The translations under genes and the position numbers were made by a program. This document shows positions 57,204 through 64,000 of a stretch of 64,000 nucleotides of DNA, piece after piece; positions within the stretch are counted from its first letter, which is position 1; every line of letters starts with the position of its first letter. Below the pieces are notes generated by a model that had not been told where the DNA came from, ran no database searches, and saw nothing but the letters and a program-made list of their open reading frames with translations. The stretch comes from Candidatus Thorarchaeota archaeon. Its GTDB lineage: Archaea; Asgardarchaeota; Thorarchaeia; Thorarchaeales; Thorarchaeaceae. The stretch lies in NCBI GenBank assembly GCA_046482545.1, contig JAWOEX010000019.1, positions 8,243 to 72,242 on the forward strand, in the 5' to 3' direction.

Positions 57204-58460
57204 ATGCCGCAAGTGCAGTTTGACCATAGTGGTAACGGGATTGCATTTGACGAGAGGGTATGTTCACGCTGCATGGGACATCGCCATCTTTGCGGCATCA
57301 ATCCATGCCCTCTTCTCTTACGTGCAAAGGCCCTAGTAGACATCGATGAATCTGTAAGGGGCATGAATCTGACTGGCTCATCTCCCCCTTCTGTATTCGT
57401 TGGAGAACACGGATATCCAAAGGTAAGAATGGGCCCTCTGATTCCTCCGCTGGTGGGAAGACGGGCTGCAATAATGGAACGGCCTGATTTGTGGCTAGAC
57501 AAGAGCATAGACGAAATCATTGGGTTGAGGTTTAGTCTGGTGCGTACCAAGAGACCGTTTCCTGTTGATGCAGCAGTAGACCCCCCACGTGTTCTCAATG
57601 AAACTCAAGTTATGGCTCTTTCCGATTCTCCTGCTGATTCGGAGGCACAACTTCTTCGGAAACCTCAATTTAACAGAATCACAACAGGTCGGACGCTTCC
57701 GGTTGGCCCCTCAGCACCATTGGATTCATTCCGATTAGAAGAGAATCCGAGTGTTCCTCGAAAAGTCGACTATATCACATCAGACACAGATTTCAGGGCT
57801 GATCGGGGCATTATGACACTTTTTGATGAAGGTATAAGACAGGAGCACCTTACCCGCCTTTTGTCAGTGGGTCTGTTGGGTCAGAAGAAGAAAAGACGAC
57901 TTGTTCCAACGAAATGGAGTATCACAGCCGTAGATGATATAGTTGGGAAGAATCTCCACAAGGAAATCATAGATTACCCATGGATAAACGATTACATGGT
58001 ATTCTCTGATTACGCTCTTGGAAATCGGGTTGTCCTTATGTTCCTTCCCAGCGCATGGCAGTTTGAAGCTCTTGAATGCTGGCTAACTGATGAGCAGCCA
58101 CCCATTCTTTCTGATTATGAGTGGTTCAAGGGTCGGACTGATTATGCCAATGATGTAGTTGGCGCGTATTATGCGACAAGATTACCGGCTTTGGAACATC
58201 TGAGTGATATGAGGAAACAAGCTGGAGTGCTTGTCTTTATGGAGATAGATCCGGCGAAATGGGTACCCCTTGGTGTCTGGAGATTTAGAGAAATAGCCAG
58301 ACGAGCACTTACAGAATCACAACCTGAAACATACTCGACTTATCAGGAAGCCACACAGGCCATAGCCAAATACCTGTATACTCCATTAGAGAGGTGGCTT
58401 GAAGCGAGTTACATCCACGAGAATCATCAGTGTCAGAAGAAGATTACGGATTTCTTCTGA
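57204..58460 (+). CDS. nreA: DNA repair protein Nre (PCNA-interacting)
   Basis: N-terminal CSRC..LCG..PCP, GSSPPSVFVG..GYPKV, RRLVPTKWSITAVD, GAYYATRL, C-terminal PIP box QKKITDFF. Confidence 0.93.
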   Translation: MPQVQFDHSGNGIAFDERVCSRCMGHRHLCGINPCPLLLRAKALVDIDESVRGMNLTGSSPPSVFVGEHGYPKVRMGPLIPPLVGRRAAIMERPDLWLDKSIDEIIGLRFSLVRTKRPFPVDAAVDPPRVLNETQVMALSDSPADSEAQLLRKPQFNRITTGRTLPVGPSAPLDSFRLEENPSVPRKVDYITSDTDFRADRGIMTLFDEGIRQEHLTRLLSVGLLGQKKKRRLVPTKWSITAVDDIVGKNLHKEIIDYPWINDYMVFSDYALGNRVVLMFLPSAWQFEALECWLTDEQPPILSDYEWFKGRTDYANDVVGAYYATRLPALEHLSDMRKQAGVLVFMEIDPAKWVPLGVWRFREIARRALTESQPETYSTYQEATQAIAKYLYTPLERWLEASYIHENHQCQKKITDFF

Positions 58461-58511
58461 TAGTGTCCTTTATCATTATGTTAGCAGAATGAATTCCCAG
58501 AGGGACGCCGA

Positions 58512-60038
58512 TTGGTCTTTGAGAGCCTGTGTCAATTTGCATCGAGAATTCCCCCCTTCTCCACTATAGCACAAATTAGAGAAAATGAGGATATGGAGCG
58601 AGCGCTAGCTTTCCTATCTCCTCTGCTTTCATTAAGTGTGCTCTCCGTATATTCCGCGGCATATCTTGTTTCGACAGTTGCTTTCACAGGTATTGCTCTC
58701 CTTCTCTTTGCAAGTCAGAATTCACCGTTTCTACTGGCACCAATATCATTACTGGGCGGTGTGCTTTCTTACTACCTCATTGTCACACATCCGGAGCGAA
58801 TCATGGATGGTTACAAGGTCACACTTTCTGAACATGCTGATATGATATTCGAGCAGTTCGTCTTGGTCTATGCATCCGGAGGAACAGTGTTCGATGCTAT
58901 TGAGATGATAGCTCAATCGGGTTATCCCTACTTATCAAGGGCCTTTGCAGATATGCTTCTCCAGATACAGGATGGGGTTCCTCCTGAACACTGTCTCAGC
59001 GAATTCGCGAAGAACCAACCTTCGAAAGACCTTCGTCGATACATCACGGCTATTCTCTCTTCGTCTGAGCGTGAGACTGTCCTGCTAGATTCGCTTTCTG
59101 GCAAATCATTCGAAGCCGATATGGCACTTCGTAAGAAGAATCTTGAGCTGGAAAGCCGACTCCTCATCGTATCAGCACTATCAACCTACTTGCCCATCGT
59201 CATAACATTGGCGATCTCATTGTCGGGGTTTGCTCAGAACTGGGTAGTGCTGCTAATGGCTCCGTTGCTGATAGGAATTCACTACTCACTGAAGTCAAGA
59301 TTTGCTGATGATTTTTCAGTATATTTTGATATGCCGAATCCGCATAGTGAAGAAAGCTACTCCCAACAACTGGCAATTGATGAATATGATGAATTTCTGA
59401 ATCTGCTCATGCTTTTGGGCGAGCGGTTGTCTTCTGGTGATACCTGTGAGATTGCCCTTGTAGAAATCAGGGATAAAGTGAACCCGCCAGTGGAATCTCT
59501 CCTCGATATCATCCTTGCGTCTATCTACCATCGAGAAGAAAGCCTGTCCGATGCCTTTCATGAAGCAAGGAAACATGCCATAGGGTTGCGGGTGGCAAGA
59601 TTGTTTCGTATTATTCCGCTCATGTGCGAACGGTCGGCTAAAGCGGCTGGTGAAAGAATTTCCATGATCGCCTCAAGACTTGTTGAACGATCCGCAACTG
59701 CAAAAGAAAGGGATTCCATAATAGAAGCGCAAAAGCTTAAGGTGCTGCTACTGAGCATTACAAGCTCCATCGTATTGGGACTGATAACCTCCCTGTCTCC
59801 CTTCTTAAACATAGGAGCGCTATTGGGTGAGGGACCGTTTTCTGTATCTGAACCAGCTGGGCTAACTGATGTGCTACCTCTTACTCTTACATTGGCACTT
59901 GTTACAGGTTCTGCGGGGTACCAAAATGCCCAGATGATTGGCTTTTCCCATCCGAAAGCAATTGGAGTGGTTTCAGTGTTCGCTTTCTGGGTAACTCTTG
60001 CACTTTCTGGAATGCTTTTGGGAACAAACAATATTTGA
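58512..60038 (+). CDS. Type II secretion/pilus platform (TadB/TadC/ArlJ-like) membrane protein
   Basis: Two repeated cytoplasmic helical domains (SGGTVFDAIE...YLSRAF; SGDTCEIAL) each followed by TM helices. Confidence 0.7.
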   Translation: MVFESLCQFASRIPPFSTIAQIRENEDMERALAFLSPLLSLSVLSVYSAAYLVSTVAFTGIALLLFASQNSPFLLAPISLLGGVLSYYLIVTHPERIMDGYKVTLSEHADMIFEQFVLVYASGGTVFDAIEMIAQSGYPYLSRAFADMLLQIQDGVPPEHCLSEFAKNQPSKDLRRYITAILSSSERETVLLDSLSGKSFEADMALRKKNLELESRLLIVSALSTYLPIVITLAISLSGFAQNWVVLLMAPLLIGIHYSLKSRFADDFSVYFDMPNPHSEESYSQQLAIDEYDEFLNLLMLLGERLSSGDTCEIALVEIRDKVNPPVESLLDIILASIYHREESLSDAFHEARKHAIGLRVARLFRIIPLMCERSAKAAGERISMIASRLVERSATAKERDSIIEAQKLKVLLLSITSSIVLGLITSLSPFLNIGALLGEGPFSVSEPAGLTDVLPLTLTLALVTGSAGYQNAQMIGFSHPKAIGVVSVFAFWVTLALSGMLLGTNNI

Positions 60039-60096
60039 GAATAGTTTTTTAGCAACGGTGTTCAAGAACCAATAGAAAGAGGCTGGGTGTACTAAG

Positions 60097-60768
60097 ATGC
60101 TTCAATTTGAGATATTTAATCAAAGTCTGGGAGATATAATGGCCTTCTTCCATGATCCATGGATAGTTGGCTGGGTGCTCGTTGGCACTGGAATCATTGC
60201 AGCTGCGTGGTTGCTTGAACGAATAGTCGATCCTATACCGCTATTAGGTAGTATCCTGAAATACATCATCAAGTTCGCATCGTATTTCGGTTTCTTCGTC
60301 GGTATTCTTGACATTCTCGTAGGATATGTTGTCTATGAGCGTTATGTCCCGGCGGATACGACAGGATTGGCAATCGTTGTGGCCGCAGCATTCATCATAG
60401 CAGGCTTCTCACTGACTATGAGAATCTTGACGAAAATGCCCTTAGCTATTGTCTTTGCTTTGGCAGTATCTGCTTTTGGCACATTTACGCTATACGGTAT
60501 ATTATCAAACTACGCTACTGATCAGCTTATCGGCGAATACGTGACCCAAATCATGCAGTTGAAGTGGATGATATTAATCGGAATTGTAATCTTCTCTGTG
60601 GTCTATGTATTAGGCGGACTCATACTCGGGTTGGTTGAGCTGATTGGTCGCGTTTTTGCAGCTAGACCAGTTAGCATTTTGATTGGATTGGGCTGTATAG
60701 CGCTCGGTATCATTGTTCTGGTCAGTCCTGCAACGGTAGGGATTGTAGAAGCAACGATGTTACCGTGA
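60097..60768 (+). CDS. Hypothetical multi-pass membrane protein
   Basis: About 6 TM segments. Confidence 0.75.
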   Translation: MLQFEIFNQSLGDIMAFFHDPWIVGWVLVGTGIIAAAWLLERIVDPIPLLGSILKYIIKFASYFGFFVGILDILVGYVVYERYVPADTTGLAIVVAAAFIIAGFSLTMRILTKMPLAIVFALAVSAFGTFTLYGILSNYATDQLIGEYVTQIMQLKWMILIGIVIFSVVYVLGGLILGLVELIGRVFAARPVSILIGLGCIALGIIVLVSPATVGIVEATMLP

Positions 60769-60932
60769 CAGTTTGCGAGAGGGGGATTCTTCCTCCTTTC
60801 ATCTTACTTTTTTCGGTATCAGAATAGTGTGAGAGCGCGTAGTTAGCAAGGCCGCGGATCTATTCTAAGAACTGAACATTCTATGAAACAGTAGCAGCGC
60901 AACAACAAGCTGATGGTATCATGCACAGAAAA

Positions 60933-61214
60933 CTAGATTTCTTTGGGTGGCCTAATTTCTCGAAAGAATAGAAACTTGATTTTTCGCTCGGTGTAGAAAC
61001 TTGCAGCTCCCTCAGCTGCTCTTTTTGCTTTTACTATTCCAAGATGCCAGTCAGTTACATACAGGCTACTTGTGGAATTATCGGTCTGGATTTCAGAGAG
61101 ATGGAAATCATCGGGATACTCGTGTCCCTCTGGGACAAGGAGAGCCGCACGGTATTTTTTTCCCGCTGCAGCCATTTCAAGCCAAACTTCAGCATATGGA
61201 GTCTTTGCAGGCAT
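60933..61214 (-). CDS. Hypothetical protein
   Basis: 93 aa ORF with GGAG RBS. Confidence 0.65.
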   Translation of the reverse strand: MPAKTPYAEVWLEMAAAGKKYRAALLVPEGHEYPDDFHLSEIQTDNSTSSLYVTDWHLGIVKAKRAAEGAASFYTERKIKFLFFREIRPPKEI

Positions 61215-61480
61215 GAGTACCCATACTCCTTGGCACGATTAAGTCTTCGCCTTATGAACTACAAAAGAAGCCTGTCACTAGATATTGAGGAAAATAGTTT
61301 CATTTAGGGTCGTGGAGTCTCACTGGGTGTCTCATTTTCAGAAGACTTCTGCTTCCCAAAGAACTCAAATAGTAGCTATGCACGTGAAATAGTTGAAATC
61401 CATAGCCCTCATTACATTCTAGTTGAAAGCTTGAGCCTTTCGAATGGGGCATGGCCACAGACTGAGGAGGAAAAAGCTCT

Positions 61481-62038
61481 TTGTCAAATGGATCAGATGA
61501 TTCGGACAAGAAGAAAATAATCAGTGTGACTATGAGTCAATCGTTGGTGAAACGCATTGATAGATTGGTGAAGGAGCGTGTAGCTCGATCAAGAGCTCAA
61601 ATGATTGAGGACGCCGTACGATGGTTTCTGGACTTTACTGTTCACAAATGGACCGAACGAGGACTTTACGTAAACACATTCCGATTTGCTTTAGAGTCTG
61701 AGAGCCAAGTATCCTTGTTCTTTAGCACCTTAACTCCTGATGAGCAGTACGAGCTAGGGCGGACAGCAGGCAAACAAGCGCCAATATCGGATATTGTAAA
61801 GATTTTTCATGGAACGGATATTAAAGAAGAAGAGGAGGGATTAGAACTTGCAATGGAGCGGCTTGAAGAATATGGTTGGGGTTCTATCGGTCTCCATGAT
61901 GACCTTATTGTTATCAGTAGCCCATTCTATCCTGCGCATTTCTTGAAGGGCTATTTTGAATCGCTTCTGGGAATCGATTTAGAGCTGATGGAGACGAACG
62001 TGAAAGAGAATGTGGCACTGAAGATGGGGTCTTCTTAG
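61481..62038 (+). CDS. Ribbon-helix-helix (CopG) regulator with a V4R/HNOX-like C-terminal domain
   Basis: ISVTMSQSLVKRIDRLV...SRAQMIEDAV; YELGRTAG...YGWG...FLKGYFE. Confidence 0.75.
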   Translation: MSNGSDDSDKKKIISVTMSQSLVKRIDRLVKERVARSRAQMIEDAVRWFLDFTVHKWTERGLYVNTFRFALESESQVSLFFSTLTPDEQYELGRTAGKQAPISDIVKIFHGTDIKEEEEGLELAMERLEEYGWGSIGLHDDLIVISSPFYPAHFLKGYFESLLGIDLELMETNVKENVALKMGSS

Positions 62039-62089
62039 TCCTCTATTCCACGAACCAAAACAGTCTCGTTGGCAAGAACTAAGAATACG

Positions 62090-62515
62090 CTACCACTCTA
62101 CTCCAATCGTAAGAATCTCAAACTCGCTATTATAGAGACCCGGAATTTTCTCTATGGTGTTCCGAATATCCTCTTCCTTTTCTGTGAGTGAATCAGCTGC
62201 AAAATAGACTTCGTAGATGCATCTATTCTGTTCATAGCAAAATCCTGTAGTGAACAACACCTTGAGATTATGCTGCTTGAATAGTCGCGTCATGGTTTGC
62301 ATTAAAACCGGATTGACCTTCTCAACTTCCAGTCGCACTCTCGCCCCGCTATCCTTCATCATTGGAATGAGACGGATTTCACCTGACTTCTCGAAGTAGA
62401 TAACCATAGCTGCCTTCATTCCCTCAAGACTCGGATTATCGAACAGCTCGTCTGGCAATCTAATTTGCTGTTTGTTTTTAACATCAGCAATCATGCCTTT
62501 CGTAAGCCCAGCCAC
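62090..62515 (-). CDS. Hypothetical regulator (AbrB-like N-terminus, ACT-like C-terminus)
   Basis: QQIRLPDEL AbrB-like strand; beta-alpha C-terminal domain with TTGFC...C.YEVYF. Confidence 0.5.
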   Translation of the reverse strand: MAGLTKGMIADVKNKQQIRLPDELFDNPSLEGMKAAMVIYFEKSGEIRLIPMMKDSGARVRLEVEKVNPVLMQTMTRLFKQHNLKVLFTTGFCYEQNRCIYEVYFAADSLTEKEEDIRNTIEKIPGLYNSEFEILTIGVEW

Positions 62516-62770
62516 AAATATCGCCTCTCGCCTTCAAACATGTCGGTGCACGTATAAGTATATATCTTATGTGCGTCTCCACAGCTAGAATGTCCAGCAC
62601 ATGTCTTTTTTCCGTTTTATTGTATCAATCACGAAGATTGAAACGCGTTTTCTGTCAACTGGCTCAATGGATGACTGTCGAAGCAAAAGAGCTGGATATT
62701 CATCCAATTACAAAGTAATAAAAGCGATTCTCATACTGAGGACCGTGAAATACACTGGAGGAAAATGTAA

Positions 62771-62893
62771 ATGGCCAAAGAAGGAGCAACGTACGTCTGT
62801 GATATCTGTCAACAAGTTATTGTAGTGAAGAAATCGGGCGCTGGGACTCTGGTCTGCTGCGATCAGCCCATGAGGTTGTACAAGGAAGACTGA
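62771..62893 (+). CDS. Stand-alone desulforedoxin (40 aa)
   Basis: GGAGG RBS; MAKEGATYVCDICQQVIVVKKSGAGTLVCCDQPMRLYKED* has the CxxC...CC motif; below the ORF-track cutoff. Confidence 0.88.
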   Translation: MAKEGATYVCDICQQVIVVKKSGAGTLVCCDQPMRLYKED

Positions 62894-63061
62894 GAAGAAG
62901 CTAGTTTGATGAACTTTCAGTGCCTAAATTCGGCACTGAACATCTGCTTAATCATTGTGGTTGATTTAGACTGGACTTCACCAATATGACGATTTCATTC
63001 AAACGGGAAGTATGTAGTATGTCAATTGGGAAAACTTTTATCCCCACCACAAATTTTCTCC

Positions 63062-63643
63062 ATGAAACCGGGTGTTTTTGAGTTGGACGAATTTCCCACG
63101 CTAGTTATGAAAACAAGAGAACTCCTCCACCTTCGGGGGTACGAGACTGAAGAGCTGTTGGAATATGATGATTGGTATGCCATGATATGCCGGAAAGAAG
63201 AAGGTGAAGATATCATCAAGAAACTAGTCTGGGTTTTCAAGGAACCAAAGCTAGTTGGTATTGCAGTTGTCAGAGATATAGTGCGCTACATGGAGGACTT
63301 CAATGCCCAGCGAGGAATGCTGGTTGGCGGTAAACGGTTTACTCCAGCTGCAAAGAAACACGCTCGCAAAACCCGTGTTGAACTTGTAGAGGGCGGATAT
63401 GCATCCTTCGACTTGTTCGACCATGATCTTGTCACACCACACACGATAGCGAGCGAAGAAGAAGTCCAATTGGTCATGGACCATTATGGTATCGATAAGC
63501 GCAAACTTCCTCGAATCTTTCGTGAGGATCCAGCTGTGAAACTCTTGGGTGCTCGTCCTGGTCAAGTTATTCGGATTGAGCGGGACAGTCCAACTGCTGG
63601 TAAGACCTACTACTATCGTCTGGTTGTTGAACCCGGGCAGTAG
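63062..63643 (+). CDS. rpoH: RNA polymerase subunit RpoH/Rpb5 with an N-terminal restriction-endonuclease-like domain
   Basis: C-terminal HDLVTPH, LPRIFREDP, VIRIERDSPTAGKTYYYRLVV; N-terminal LRGY...FTPAAKK. Confidence 0.9.
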   Translation: MKPGVFELDEFPTLVMKTRELLHLRGYETEELLEYDDWYAMICRKEEGEDIIKKLVWVFKEPKLVGIAVVRDIVRYMEDFNAQRGMLVGGKRFTPAAKKHARKTRVELVEGGYASFDLFDHDLVTPHTIASEEEVQLVMDHYGIDKRKLPRIFREDPAVKLLGARPGQVIRIERDSPTAGKTYYYRLVVEPGQ

Positions 63644-63652
63644 CAGAAATGT

Positions 63653-63826
63653 TCAGATAATCCCTATCGCTATTGCAACAATCCACATTATAGTTGTCGA
63701 AAGCATCGGTACTGTGACATTGTCACTTCCCTTAGGACTAACCAGCTCGATGAGAGTTGCTGATATCGCACCGATGATTGCCAGCAATACCATCGGAATC
63801 CATTGTATAAACCCGCTTTCAACATA
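63653..63826 (-). pseudogene. 3' fragment of a dolichol/phytol-kinase-like (cytidylyltransferase family) membrane protein
   Basis: VESGFIQWIPMVLLAIIGAISATLIELVSPKGSDNVTVPMLSTT...* contains the DN.TVP motif; the frame is closed by a stop at about 63842. Confidence 0.6.
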
Positions 63827-63832
63827 AATAAT

Positions 63833-64000
63833 ATGGCAACATTAAATTTAGATACAAACGAATTTGCTGATATTGCAATTATATGGTTGTTCGATCAAAT
63901 TATGAATCCTGAACAGGTTCAAAGTGAAAAATTATTAAATTTCATTGAAGACCATAGATCAAAAATTCGAACACCATTAATGAAATATTATCTTGATTCA
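63833..64000 (+). CDS. AT-rich hypothetical ORF, runs off the window end
   Basis: MATLNLDTNEFADIAIIWLFDQIMNPEQ... open to 64000; about 26% GC. Confidence 0.5.
   Translation, partial: MATLNLDTNEFADIAIIWLFDQIMNPEQVQSEKLLNFIEDHRSKIRTPLMKYYLDS

Noticed and set aside
523-63827. Many 60-180 aa antisense or overlapping ORFs in the track
   Set aside because: They lie within well-supported genes on another frame or strand and have no recognisable motifs.

Overview
Gene-dense archaeal chromosomal window (roughly 44-45% GC by eye). Gene content points to an Asgard archaeon, most likely Thorarchaeota-like (inference from archaeal-type GlyRS, Mer, Nre, EndoQ, a two-domain Rpb5-like RpoH, an OST5/TMEM258-like protein, SNAP-like and PRMT-like proteins). 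No rRNA, tRNA or CRISPR array is visible. Most of the window is housekeeping and metabolism. The main unexplained signal is a non-coding element present three times: about 6614-6895 (minus, internally deleted), about 22073-22633 (plus) and about 40595-41187 (plus). It has imperfect terminal inverted repeats, TCnnGA direct repeats at its flanks, many conserved stem-loops with G-U-compatible changes, and no transposase. One copy splits an MFS gene and another replaces the C-terminus of an Nre paralog. It looks like a mobile element built around a ~560-nt structured RNA. A second signal is two unannotated Trp/acidic micro-ORFs (25299-25433 and 26625-26720, the latter MRF-DEDW-(DEDxDW)4) flanking a very basic ChrB/Cas2-like gene. 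The last ~175 bp are an abrupt AT-rich segment that truncates a kinase-like gene. All family assignments come from motif recognition, not database searches.
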